Counted from the first letter of the stretch, positions 1 to 10,969 are shown. The stretch is 61,890 bases of DNA from Bacillota bacterium (GCA_012800855.1 JAAZIN010000137.1:1-61890); one strand, 5' to 3'. Notes: generated by a model not told the origin, from the letters alone. A program made the numbers and translations.

Positions 1-1
1 C

Positions 2-49
2 CAGCGCCTGCTCATCGGCAGGGCCCTGGCCAAAGAGAAGCTTAAATAA
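2..49 (+). CDS. 3' end of an unidentified CDS entering from the left edge (...QRLLIGRALAKEKLK-stop)
   Basis: Frame 2 is open from the window edge to TAA at 47-49. Too short to identify. Confidence 0.3.
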   Translation, partial: QRLLIGRALAKEKLK

Positions 50-53
50 ACCC

Positions 54-83
54 GGGACACTAGGGACGTACCTGTTTGTCCCA
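54..83 (+). repeat. 30-nt intergenic element, copy A (GGGACACTAGGGACGTACCTGTTTGTCCCA)
   Basis: 27/30 identical to the reverse complement of 21276-21305. Architecture is GGGAC-N4-GGGAC-N10-GTCCC. Confidence 0.7.
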
Positions 84-183
84 CTAATGGGTAGGTAATT
101 GGGCATCGTTTGTATGGGTCGAGCATGCCCGGCCCGGTGTAGGGGCCGGGCACCGCCCGCCCGTCCCATGTGAAAGGGGGCTC

Positions 184-208
184 CCGGCCCGGCGTGCCGG
201 ATATTTTT
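184..208 (+). terminator. possible weak intrinsic terminator of the left-edge gene
   Basis: CCGGC (184-188) pairs with GCCGG (196-200), followed by ATATTTTT. A stronger 9-bp hairpin, GCCCGGCCC/GGGCCGGGC at 127-151, has no T-run. Confidence 0.3.
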
Positions 209-240
209 CCTGCTTCTGTTTTCCCGCTTCTTTTTTTGAA

Positions 241-765
241 TCACTGTCGATCGAAGTAGATGTTCTTGCCAGTGGCGGAGATGGGGACGCCGATGACCAT
301 CTCGCCCCTAATGAGTCCCATTCTGCGCGCCACCACACCAATGCGGAACATGATGCGGTTGTCGGCGTTGAAGAGAGAGGCCGTTTTCACGGCAGAGCCG
401 AGGGCAATGCCCAGGTCGAGGACACGCCAGCTGCATAAAGGACCGGCAAAATCAGCCCCCTCGGTAAAAGCCTCTTTCATCTCGCGGCAAGATTTTAAGC
501 CGCAGGCGCCGCAGTCAGCCCCCAGGGGTTCGGAATCGGTAAGGGAGAGCAGCAAGACGGCGCTGGAGCGGCGCACATTATCGCCGTCGCGATCATAATT
601 GCGCCTGCCCTTTTCCCGCCCGTATTTTTCCATTTCGTCGGCCAGCTTATTGATATCCGCTCCGGTCAAAATTTTGATTTCGATAAAGTCCGCGCCCAAG
701 GCCTTCGGGGCGGTACGTGCGGAGAGCGCCATCATCCCGGCCACAATTTCCAAGATGGAATCCAT
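241..765 (-). CDS. DUF2148 domain-containing protein
   Basis: 174-aa ORF. Motifs ARTAPKA, CGACG, GIALGSAV, DNRIMF and C-terminal GKNIYFDR match the DUF2148 family as I remember it. Confidence 0.75.
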   Translation of the reverse strand: MDSILEIVAGMMALSARTAPKALGADFIEIKILTGADINKLADEMEKYGREKGRRNYDRDGDNVRRSSAVLLLSLTDSEPLGADCGACGLKSCREMKEAFTEGADFAGPLCSWRVLDLGIALGSAVKTASLFNADNRIMFRIGVVARRMGLIRGEMVIGVPISATGKNIYFDRQ

Positions 766-858
766 GTCCTCGCCTCCCGAGCAGTTTTAGATTTATTTTA
801 AGGCATGTCCGGGCAGGCGTAAACCGGGCTGGGCAGACGTTGCCAAAGGCAAACAGGG

Positions 859-954
859 GATAATGTGATTCTAACTTGGTATAGTTATTTATCCGACGTG
901 CGGTGCTCAAACTTCGCAAAGGTGATAATGTGATTCTAACTTGGTATAGTTATT
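859..954 (+). repeat. tandem direct repeat: 31-bp unit GATAATGTGATTCTAACTTGGTATAGTTATT at 859-889 and 924-954 (65-bp period)
   Basis: The two units are identical by eye. Each carries an extended -10 (TGgTATAGT at 877-885 and 942-950) facing the riboswitch and permease. Confidence 0.85.
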
Positions 955-1059
955 GGGAGAAAATCAAAAACGCTGCAGGATTTTCACCGCTTGTGCCGAA
1001 AGAAATAGATGACAAGAAAAAAAGTGCTCGCGATGCTAATATTTTGCATTGCGAGGGAA

Positions 1060-1236
1060 AGTGTACCTAGGGTTCCGCTGGTGAGGCGAAGCGGGGAGCT
1101 TCGCCCGCCAGGCTGGTCCGAGTGGTACAGGCGCTTAAGGAAGCGTTGTGTAAAGGCAGCCTTCTTGGGCGCTACACCGGAGGGACAAAAGCCCAGGCGG
1201 GTAGGTTTCGCTCGCAGCCTACTTGCCTGGGCTTTT
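1060..1236 (+). promoter_or_regulatory. ykkC-yxkD class riboswitch (subtype-2-like; candidate PRPP or ppGpp sensor) with terminator expression platform
   Basis: Conserved blocks are CTAGGGTTCCG (1067-1077), CTGGTCCGAG (1113-1122) and ACACCGGAGGGACAAAAGCCCAGG (1174-1197). The 3' block is also the 5' arm of a ~19-bp stem (1187-1205 with 1218-1236) ending in TTTT. Confidence 0.7.
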
Positions 1237-1326
1237 AAACTGGGGGGTGATTCCTGCAGAAGGAGTAAAAAGGCGTCTCCTTTGGCAATCTAGAGCAAAA
1301 ACAAACACGAGGAGGTATGAAGCAGC

Positions 1327-2616
1327 GTGCTGGAAAAATTTTTCAAGCTGAAAGAGAACCATACCAACGTCCGCACGGAGATTATCGCCGGGATCACTAC
1401 ATTTATGACCATGGCCTACATTATCTTTGTCAACCCCGATATACTTTCCACCACGGGGATGGACAAGGGAGCGGTGATGACGGCGACAATACTCTCCGCT
1501 GGATTGACCACCATTCTCATGGGCCTGGTGACCAACTATCCCTTTGCCCTGGCCAGCGGGATGGGGCTCAATGCCTTCTTTGCCTTTGTTGTGGCCCCGC
1601 AGTACGGCTGGCAGGCGGCCCTGGGTGCGGTATTTGTTTCCGGTATAGTTTTCTTACTGCTCTCGGTTACACGGGCCATCGGCTACATAGACGCCGCTGT
1701 GCCTACCACGCTCAAGCGGGCCGTCTCTGCGGGCATAGGCCTATTTATTGCCTATATCGGGCTGCAGAACGGCGGGATCATTGTCGCCGATGAAGCCACC
1801 CAGGTAACACTGGGCGATCTGACCCAGCCAGGACCGCTGCTAACCCTCATCGGCCTGCTGATCATCACTATTCTCATGGCCCGCAAGGTGAAGGGTGCCA
1901 TCTTAATCGGGATTCTGCTGACCACCGTGGTGAGCTTCTTCATGGGCATCAAGGAAGTACCCACCGGGATCGGGGATATTATCGGCTTGCCGGCTTCGCT
2001 GGCTCCCATTGCCCTGAAGCTGGATCTGAAGGCCTATCTTGCCGTTCCTTTCTTCATCATCTTTTCCTTCCTTTTTGTCGATGTTTTTGACACCATGGGT
2101 ACCCTCCTGGGGACGGCGTCCCGGGCCGGCTTTCTCGATGAGAAGGGGCGGCTTCCCCGCGTCAACCAGGCCATGCTTGTCGATGCCATCGGGACCGTGG
2201 GCGGCGCCCTGCTGGGCACCAGCACGGTGACCACCTACGTGGAGAGCACGGCCGGGGTTTCCGAGGGGGGGCGCACCGGGCTCACCTCGGTCGTAACCGG
2301 GGTGCTGCTTTTGCTCACTCTCTTCCTTGCCCCTCTGGCGGGCTTGATCCCCTCGCAGGCGACGGCCCCGGCGCTGATCATCGTGGGTGTGCTCATGGTC
2401 GGCGGGATCATGAAAATCAATTTTGATGACTTTACCGAGGCCCTGCCGGCTTTTCTGACCATCATTTTCATGCCGCTGGCATACAGCATCGCCGATGGCA
2501 TTGCCTTCGGCTTTATCGCCTACCCCGTGGTGAAGCTCGTTGCCGGCAAGGGGAAAGAGGTGCACTGGCTGGTTTATATTCTGGCCGTGGTGGCCCTGAT
2601 CCACTTCTTCTTCTAG
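1327..2616 (+). CDS. NCS2/AzgA-PbuG-type guanine/hypoxanthine (adenine) permease
   Basis: 429-aa polytopic ORF with GTG start. N-terminus MLEKFFKLKENHTNVRTEIIAGITTFMTMAYIIFVNP is typical of PbuG/AzgA permeases. Confidence 0.85.
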   Translation: MLEKFFKLKENHTNVRTEIIAGITTFMTMAYIIFVNPDILSTTGMDKGAVMTATILSAGLTTILMGLVTNYPFALASGMGLNAFFAFVVAPQYGWQAALGAVFVSGIVFLLLSVTRAIGYIDAAVPTTLKRAVSAGIGLFIAYIGLQNGGIIVADEATQVTLGDLTQPGPLLTLIGLLIITILMARKVKGAILIGILLTTVVSFFMGIKEVPTGIGDIIGLPASLAPIALKLDLKAYLAVPFFIIFSFLFVDVFDTMGTLLGTASRAGFLDEKGRLPRVNQAMLVDAIGTVGGALLGTSTVTTYVESTAGVSEGGRTGLTSVVTGVLLLLTLFLAPLAGLIPSQATAPALIIVGVLMVGGIMKINFDDFTEALPAFLTIIFMPLAYSIADGIAFGFIAYPVVKLVAGKGKEVHWLVYILAVVALIHFFF

Positions 2617-2637
2617 GGCGGGTAGAAAGGAAAGCTG

Positions 2638-2673
2638 CATGGGGGCTGCCCCATTTGCCGGGGCACCCCCCAT
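2638..2673 (+). terminator. strong GC hairpin after the permease gene (partial terminator or RNA stabiliser)
   Basis: CATGGGGGCTGCCCC pairs with GGGGCACCCCCATG, about 14 bp with one bulge. No T-run follows. Confidence 0.35.
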
Positions 2674-2892
2674 GGCTTGCTCTTCAAATTCCCCCCGATC
2701 CTCCTTTTTAAAAGGGGAGAAGGGCAAGGCTAGAGCAAGGGATGAAAGCTTGGAAAGAGCTTGTTGCTTCCTTTGAAAGGGGATAGTATTTTCGAAAGGG
2801 TTTTTAAAGCCCCCCTTTAAAGGTTTAATAAGGGTATTATTCCCCCGTTCCTCTTTGGGGAAGTGTGAGTATCAGTGAAAAGAGGTGAGGGG

Positions 2893-3441
2893 ATGTCTGC
2901 GCGGCCGGAAGTGGGCATTGTCATGGGCAGCGACTCGGACCTGCCGGTAATGGCAGAAGCGGGCGCCGCGCTGGAGCGCTTCGAGGTGGCCTATGAATCG
3001 GTTATCGCCAGCGCGCACCGCCATCCCGAGAAGGTGGTTCGCTATGCGCGGGGCGCCGCGGAGGCGGGCTTGAAGGTGATTATCGCCGGCGCCGGCGGGG
3101 CCGCTCACCTGCCGGGGGTGATTGCCGCGCTCACGGTGCTGCCGGTAATCGGGGTTCCAGTATCTACACCCCAGCTGGGGGGTCTCGATTCCCTCCTGGC
3201 TATTGTGCAGATGCCCCGCGGTGTGCCCGTAGCCACGGTGGCGGTAAACGGCGCTTACAATGCCGGTCTCCTGGCGGTGCAGATCCTGGCCCTGGAAAAC
3301 AAGGATTTGCAGGAGCGGCTGTCCCGCTATCGCCAGGAGCTGGCAGCACAGGTGGAAGAGAAAGACGAGCGCCTGCGCCGTCTCGGCTTTCACCGCTATA
3401 AATCCGAGATTTTAAAGGCCGGCGGGGAGAAGCCCTCGTAA
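2893..3441 (+). CDS. purE: 5-(carboxyamino)imidazole ribonucleotide mutase PurE
   Basis: MSARPEVGIVMGSDSDLPVM..SAHRHPEK..GAGGAAHLPGV are PurE hallmarks. ATG 2893 follows the SD GAGGTGAGGGG. The ORF track starts at GTG 2875. Confidence 0.9.
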   Translation: MSARPEVGIVMGSDSDLPVMAEAGAALERFEVAYESVIASAHRHPEKVVRYARGAAEAGLKVIIAGAGGAAHLPGVIAALTVLPVIGVPVSTPQLGGLDSLLAIVQMPRGVPVATVAVNGAYNAGLLAVQILALENKDLQERLSRYRQELAAQVEEKDERLRRLGFHRYKSEILKAGGEKPS

Positions 3442-3542
3442 CAAGGTTAGGAGGCGGGCCATAATTAAAAGGGCTCCAAAGAAGAATTCTACAATAAGAC
3501 GGCAGTGCTGGTGATATTCATATTGGGGGGGCAGGAAAAGCA

Positions 3543-5735
3543 ATGAAGTCCAAGGACGAACAGCCCTGGCGTGAGCTGGGGCTTACGGGTGAGGAATACG
3601 AGCGCATTAAAAGGGAACTGGGGCGCGAACCGAACCTGGTGGAGCTGAATATGTACAGCGTCATGTGGTCGGAGCACTGCAGCTACAAGCATTCCCGCGC
3701 GGCGCTGCGCCGGCTGCCGGCAACAGGCCCCCGCGTGCTCCAGGGCCCGGGGGAGAACGCCGGCGTGGTTGACCTGGGCGGCGGCCTGGCGGCGGCGTTC
3801 AAGATCGAGAGCCACAATCATCCCACCGCGGTGGAGCCCTTCCAGGGCGCGGCCACGGGGGCGGGGGGGATTATCCGCGACATCGTGGCCATGGGGGCGC
3901 GCCCGGTGGCCCTGCTCGGCTCGCTGCGCTTCGGGCCGCTGGAAGATGGGCGCAGCCGCTACCTCTTCGAGCGGGCGGCTGCCGGAATGGCCTGGTATGC
4001 CAGGGAGACGGGGATTCCCGTGGCCGGGGGCGATATTTACTTTGAAGAGAGCTACCGGGGCAACCCGCTGGTCAACGTCATGTGCGTGGGGCTGCTGCCG
4101 GTGGAGCGGCTCGTGCGAGGACGGGCCTCCGGGGAAGGAAACCTGGTCCTGCTGGCTGGAGCCCCAACGGGCCGTGACGGCATCCACGGCGCCAGCTTTG
4201 CCTCGGTGGAGCTAACCGCGGAGATAGAGGAAGAGGAGCGCCCGCCGGTGCAGGTGGGCGATGCCGCCCTGGGGAAGGCGCTGATGGAGGCGACCCTGGA
4301 GGTAATTGAAAAGGGCCTCGTCGTGGGAGTGCAGGACCTGGGCGGCGCCGGGCTGAGTTGCGCTTCAACCGAGACAGCGGCCCGCGCCGGCAGCGGGATG
4401 GAATTGGACCTGGACCTGGTGCCGCTGCGTGAAGAGGGGATGGCCGCCTACGAGATCCTCACCTCGGAGTCGCAGGAACGAATGCTTTTAATCGTGGAGC
4501 CGGAGAAGCAGGCGGAGGTGGCGGCGGCCTTCACCAGGCGGGGGCTTTACTGCGAGGCCATCGGCCGGGTTGCAGGCGACGGCATGGTAACGGTTAAGCA
4601 CCACGGGGAGACCGTGGCCCGGGTGCCGGCGAAAAGCGTGGCCGAAGGCGCTCCCGTCTACGATCCCGCCTCGCGTGAGCCGTCATACTTCCGCGAGCTG
4701 GCTTCCTTTGACCCCCTGGAGCTGCCGCGGGAGGAGGATTTCAACGGCGCGCTCTTAAAGATTCTTAGCTCCCCCGACGTGGCCGGAAGGGCATGGATGG
4801 CCCATTGCGCCGGAGGACAGGGAGTGGAAGCCGATGAGGGCGCTGCTCTGCTGCCGCTGCCGCAGGGGCGGGCTATGGTCGTGGCCGTGGCCGGAAACGG
4901 GCGACAGGTATTCCTCGATCCCTACCGCGGGGCGGTTTTTGCCGTCTGCGAGGCAGCGCGCCTGCTGGCCTGCGCTGGGGCGGAGCCGCTGGGCATTACC
5001 GACGGCCTGAACTTCGGCAGCCCGGAAAAGCCGGAGGTATACTGGCAGTTCAAGCAGGCGGTAGAGGGCATTGCTGACGCCTGCCGCACGCTGTCGCTGC
5101 CCGTTGTCGGCGGCAACGTGAGCTTTTACAATGAGGTGGACGGCGAGGCTATTTACCCCACGCCGGTCATCGGGGCGGTGGGGCTGCTGGAAGATGCGGC
5201 GAAGCGCTGCGGCACGGGCTTCAGCGAAGACGGCGACCTGCTCTACCTGCTGGGAGCGGACTCCGTCACCCTCGGCGGCAGCCAGTACCTGAAAAGCTGC
5301 CGCGGCCGGGTTGCCGGGGCGCTGCCGACTATTGACCTGGATCTGGAGCGGCGGCTTCTGGAACTGCTGCGCCGCCTTACCGGAGAAGGGCTCCTGCGCT
5401 GTGCACGGGCCCTGTCGGAGGGCGGACTGGCTGCGGCCCTGGCGAAATGCTGCCTCCGGGGAAGGCGCGGCGCGGCGGTAAAGCTGCCCGCCACCGAGCG
5501 GCCGGAGCTGAGCCTTTTCGGAGAGGGGCCCACGCGGGTAATAGTGGCGGTGAGTCCGGAGAGTGCTGCGCGCCTCGAGGCGCTGGCCCGGGAGGCGGCC
5601 GTGCCGGCAGTGATACTGGGGCAGGCCGGCGGGGAGAAGCTGCGCATTGCCGCGGGCGCGCGGGAGCTGGTGGACCTGCCGTTGGCCCAACTGGAGAAAG
5701 CATACCGGGAGGCGATCCCGTGTCCCACTCCATAA
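3543..5735 (+). CDS. purL: phosphoribosylformylglycinamidine synthase subunit PurL
   Basis: 730 aa with the N-terminus ..LGLTGEEYERIKRELGREPNLVELNMYSVMWSEHCSYKHS. Confidence 0.95.
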   Translation: MKSKDEQPWRELGLTGEEYERIKRELGREPNLVELNMYSVMWSEHCSYKHSRAALRRLPATGPRVLQGPGENAGVVDLGGGLAAAFKIESHNHPTAVEPFQGAATGAGGIIRDIVAMGARPVALLGSLRFGPLEDGRSRYLFERAAAGMAWYARETGIPVAGGDIYFEESYRGNPLVNVMCVGLLPVERLVRGRASGEGNLVLLAGAPTGRDGIHGASFASVELTAEIEEEERPPVQVGDAALGKALMEATLEVIEKGLVVGVQDLGGAGLSCASTETAARAGSGMELDLDLVPLREEGMAAYEILTSESQERMLLIVEPEKQAEVAAAFTRRGLYCEAIGRVAGDGMVTVKHHGETVARVPAKSVAEGAPVYDPASREPSYFRELASFDPLELPREEDFNGALLKILSSPDVAGRAWMAHCAGGQGVEADEGAALLPLPQGRAMVVAVAGNGRQVFLDPYRGAVFAVCEAARLLACAGAEPLGITDGLNFGSPEKPEVYWQFKQAVEGIADACRTLSLPVVGGNVSFYNEVDGEAIYPTPVIGAVGLLEDAAKRCGTGFSEDGDLLYLLGADSVTLGGSQYLKSCRGRVAGALPTIDLDLERRLLELLRRLTGEGLLRCARALSEGGLAAALAKCCLRGRRGAAVKLPATERPELSLFGEGPTRVIVAVSPESAARLEALAREAAVPAVILGQAGGEKLRIAAGARELVDLPLAQLEKAYREAIPCPTP

Positions 5736-7093
5736 GAGAAGCCTGCGGGGTTTGCGGAGGCTGGGCCGAAGATCAGCCCATGGCCTACCTGGCCTGCTTT
5801 GCCCTGTACGCGCTGCAGCACCGCGGCCAGGAAAGCGCGGGCATTGCCGTGGGCACTGGCGATGGTGGGAAAATGTGGCTAAAAAAGGGGCCCGGCCTTG
5901 TCTCCGAGGTCTTTCCCGATACCGAGGAACTGAAGCAGCTGCCAGGACCGCTGGCCCTGGGCCATGTCCGCTACGCCTACAGCGGGGAAGGGCGGGGGCC
6001 GGAAAACAGCCAGCCCCTGCTGCTGCGCTACCGCCACGGCGAGCTGGCCATTGCCCACAACGGGCGCCTGGTGAACGGTGCCCGGCTGCGCGAAGAGCTG
6101 GCCGAGCAGGGAGCCATTTTCCAGACGGAAACCGACAGCGAGCTTTTGGGGCATCTCATAGCCCGGCAGAACAACCCCTGCCTGGAAGAGGCGGTGGCGG
6201 CGGCGGTGTCGCGGCTGGAGGGAGCCTTTGCCTTCATCCTCTGCGACGGGAAGAAGATTATCGGCCTGCGCGACCGGCATGGTTTCAGGCCCCTTTCACT
6301 GGCCCGCCTGGGCGAGAAGGGCTATTTCCTCGCCTCGGAGACCTGCGCTTTCGACACCATCGGGGCGCAGTTTATCCGCGACGTGGCTCCGGGAGAGGCG
6401 GTGGTGATTGACGATGGGGGGATAAGATCCTACCAGGTCCTGCCCCCGGCGCAGCCTTCCCTGTGCCTCTTTGAGTTTATCTACTTTGCCCGTCCCGACA
6501 GCAACCTGCAGGGGAAGAATGTGCACCTGATGCGGCGCGAGCTGGGGCGGCGCCTGGCCCGCGAGCATCCCGTCGATGCGGACATGGTTACGGGGGTGCC
6601 CGATTCAAGCATTGCCGCGGCTTCAGGCTATGCCGAGGAGGCGGGGCTGCCCTACGAGATGGCCCTGGTGAAAAACCGCTACATCGGCCGCACTTTTTTG
6701 CGTCCCACGCAGCGCATGCGGGAAGAGGGGGTTGACCTGAAGCTCAACGCCGTGGAGAAGATCGTCCGGGACAAGCGGGTGATTATTGTCGATGATTCCA
6801 TTGTCCGGGGCACCACCAGCGTGAAGCTGGTGCGGCTGATGCGCCGGGCGGGAGCCAGGGAAGTACACCTGCGCATCAGCTCGCCGCCGGTGATTGACGC
6901 CTGCCTTTACGGCATTGACATGCCCGCTTCCCAGGAACTGGTAGCCCGGCGCTACAAAATCGCGGACATAGCCCGCGAGCTGGGGGCCGACTCCATCGGC
7001 TACCTCAGCCTGGAGGAGACAGTGGCGGCGGTGGGGCTGCCGGGGGAGGGGCTTTGCCGGGCCTGTTTTACCGGGCTTTACACCATTCGTTGA
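5720..7093 (+). CDS. purF: amidophosphoribosyltransferase PurF
   Basis: The catalytic-Cys region EACGVCG..ALYALQHRGQESAGIAV places the start at GTG 5720 (SD GGGAGG), overlapping the purL stop. The upstream part of ORF 5447.. is a frame artefact. Confidence 0.9.
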   Translation: MSHSIREACGVCGGWAEDQPMAYLACFALYALQHRGQESAGIAVGTGDGGKMWLKKGPGLVSEVFPDTEELKQLPGPLALGHVRYAYSGEGRGPENSQPLLLRYRHGELAIAHNGRLVNGARLREELAEQGAIFQTETDSELLGHLIARQNNPCLEEAVAAAVSRLEGAFAFILCDGKKIIGLRDRHGFRPLSLARLGEKGYFLASETCAFDTIGAQFIRDVAPGEAVVIDDGGIRSYQVLPPAQPSLCLFEFIYFARPDSNLQGKNVHLMRRELGRRLAREHPVDADMVTGVPDSSIAAASGYAEEAGLPYEMALVKNRYIGRTFLRPTQRMREEGVDLKLNAVEKIVRDKRVIIVDDSIVRGTTSVKLVRLMRRAGAREVHLRISSPPVIDACLYGIDMPASQELVARRYKIADIARELGADSIGYLSLEETVAAVGLPGEGLCRACFTGLYTIR

Positions 7094-7237
7094 GGACGGT
7101 AGCGGCGGTTAATGATAACATCATGTTAAATTTTTTGCGACAAAGCAGGAATTTACTCTGCCTGTAGGTAATTAGAATAGCCTATAGACAGGAATCTGCT
7201 CTATTATTAGGGTCGTTTTAAAGGAGGATTGTATCAG

Positions 7238-9199
<1,962 letters not shown>

Positions 9200-9268
9200 A
9201 AAGCCGGTGACGGCATGGAGTTAACCATTTACTGAAAGGATGGAACAGGCACAAAGGTGAGCAAGTAC

Positions 9269-10312
9269 ATGGACTACCGGCAAGCGGGGGTGGACATCGA
9301 TGCCGGGGAAGCTGCCGTGGAGCGGATCAAAAGATTAGCTCGCTCCACCTTCCGCCAGGAAGTGCTCCAGGACCTGGGCGGCTTCAGCGGCCTGTTCGCG
9401 TTAAAAACGGAAAGATACCGCCGGCCGGTGCTGCTCGCCGGATGCGACGGCGTGGGGACGAAGCTGAAGGTGGCCTTTGCCCTGGGCAGGCATGACACGG
9501 TGGGCGAAGACTGCGTGGCCATGTGCGTGAACGACATCCTGGTCCAGGGCGCGGAGCCGCTTTTCTTCCTCGATTACCTGGCCGTGGGGAAGCTGGACCC
9601 CGCGCAGGTGGAGCAGGTGGTAACGGGCCTGGCCCGCGGCTGCCGCATCGCCGGCTGCGCTCTTTTGGGCGGGGAGACGGCGGAGATGCCCGGCTTCTAC
9701 CCTCCCGGGGAGTACGACCTGGCCGGTTTTGTCGTGGGCGTGGCGGAGGGCGATGCCATTATCGACGGAAGGGCCATTGTTCCCGGCGATGTGCTCATCG
9801 GCCTCGCCTCCACCGGCCTGCACAGCAACGGCTACTCCCTGGCCCGGAAAGTGCTCCTGGAGCAGGCGGGACTCTCGCTGGACGACAGGCCCGCGGAACT
9901 CGGGGGGATTGCCCTGGGCGAAGAGCTGCTCCGGCCCACGCGCATCTACGTTCCGCTCATCCTGCCGCTCCTCGGCCGCTTCCGGATCAAGGGAATGGCC
10001 CATATTACCGGGGGCGGCCTGCCGGGCAACCTGCCGCGGATCCTGCCGCCGGGGCTGCGGGCGCTTATCGAAGCTTCTTCCTGGAAGACACCGCCCATTT
10101 TCGGGCTCATAGAAAAGCTGGGGCCCGTGGCCCGCGGGGAGATGTATCGCACCTTCAACATGGGCATCGGCTTTGTGCTGGTGACGCCGCCGGAAGAGGC
10201 CGGCGCCATTATTGAGGAGTTGGCGGAAAAGGGCCAGGCCGCCTACCGCATCGGCATCATTGCACCCCTGGATGCGGAGGGGGAGGCGCGAGTTTACATA
10301 AATCACGGCTAG
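9269..10312 (+). CDS. purM: phosphoribosylformylglycinamidine cyclo-ligase PurM
   Basis: [13 protein letters not shown].. is a typical AIR synthetase N-terminus. The alternative GTG start at 9257 adds 4 aa. Confidence 0.9.
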   Translation: MDYRQAGVDIDAGEAAVERIKRLARSTFRQEVLQDLGGFSGLFALKTERYRRPVLLAGCDGVGTKLKVAFALGRHDTVGEDCVAMCVNDILVQGAEPLFFLDYLAVGKLDPAQVEQVVTGLARGCRIAGCALLGGETAEMPGFYPPGEYDLAGFVVGVAEGDAIIDGRAIVPGDVLIGLASTGLHSNGYSLARKVLLEQAGLSLDDRPAELGGIALGEELLRPTRIYVPLILPLLGRFRIKGMAHITGGGLPGNLPRILPPGLRALIEASSWKTPPIFGLIEKLGPVARGEMYRTFNMGIGFVLVTPPEEAGAIIEELAEKGQAAYRIGIIAPLDAEGEARVYINHG

Positions 10313-10357
10313 CCGGCGGGGCGCAGGCGGCAGGCCCAATAATCTGGAGGGGAGTGG

Positions 10358-10969
10358 ATGATGAAGCGGATTGCGGTGCTGGCCTCGGGTGAGGGGACTA
10401 ACCTCGAGGCCATCCTGGAGGCGGTGGAGCGCGGCGAGATTAGCGGACGGGTAGTGCTGGTGATCAGCGACCGGGAGAAGGCGCCGGCACTGGAGCGGGC
10501 CCGGCGCCGCGGGGTGCGTGCTCTTTTTCTTGATCCCCGCGCCTTCCCGGGACGTGAAGCGTACGATGAGGCCCTGGCCGCGGAGCTGCAGGAAGCCCAG
10601 GTCGACCTGGTGGTCCTGGCCGGCTTCATGCGCCTCCTTTCGCCGGTAATGGTCAGGGCATTCCCCATGCGGATCATGAACATCCATCCATCGCTGCTGC
10701 CCTCCTTCCCCGGCACAGAGGGGGTCCGGGATGCCCTGGAGTACGGCGTGAAGGTAACGGGCTGTACAGTTCATTTCGTGGACGAAGGGCTCGACACCGG
10801 GCCCATTATCCTGCAGGAGGCGGTTCCCGTGATCCAGGGCGATACCGTGGAGACACTGCATGCGCGAATTCATGCTGCGGAATACCGCCTCTATCCACGG
10901 GCCATCGAGCTCTTCTGCCAGAACAAGCTTAGAGTTGAAGGAAGAAGGTGTTACATTGACGCAGAGTAG
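10358..10969 (+). CDS. purN: phosphoribosylglycinamide formyltransferase PurN
   Basis: [32 protein letters not shown] are GART motifs. Confidence 0.9.
   Translation: MMKRIAVLASGEGTNLEAILEAVERGEISGRVVLVISDREKAPALERARRRGVRALFLDPRAFPGREAYDEALAAELQEAQVDLVVLAGFMRLLSPVMVRAFPMRIMNIHPSLLPSFPGTEGVRDALEYGVKVTGCTVHFVDEGLDTGPIILQEAVPVIQGDTVETLHARIHAAEYRLYPRAIELFCQNKLRVEGRRCYIDAE

Noticed and set aside
859-954. Possible mini-CRISPR array, given identical 31-bp repeats with a ~34-bp spacer.
   Set aside because: There are only two copies and no cas genes. The repeat is AT-rich with a promoter-like -10 and lies in a divergent promoter region.
766-1326. Guanine/adenine (purine) or ZTP riboswitch expected upstream of a PbuG-type permease or purE.
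   Set aside because: I searched 766-1326 and 2617-2892 for the purine-aptamer hallmarks (UAUAAU..GGAUAUGG..UUUCUACC..CCGUAAAU..GACUA) and for the ZTP CCGCCUGGGC core. Neither is present. The conserved blocks match the ykkC class instead.
5447-5719. N-terminal extensions suggested by the ORF track: purF from 5447, purH from 10860, mutS from 35900, miaA from 40239, ynbB-like from 51739, ligA from 17447, lexA to 54055, ABC genes to 58231/59168/60289.
   Set aside because: The extensions overlap the preceding gene in another frame, lack homology, and have unlikely composition. Internal starts with SD sequences fit the conserved N-termini.
7109-7129. Palindrome TTAATGATAACATCATGTTAA after purF as an intrinsic terminator.
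   Set aside because: The arms (AACAT/ATGTT) are separated by a single base, so no RNA hairpin loop is possible. At most it is a DNA-binding palindrome, and it is mentioned under the hppA finding.
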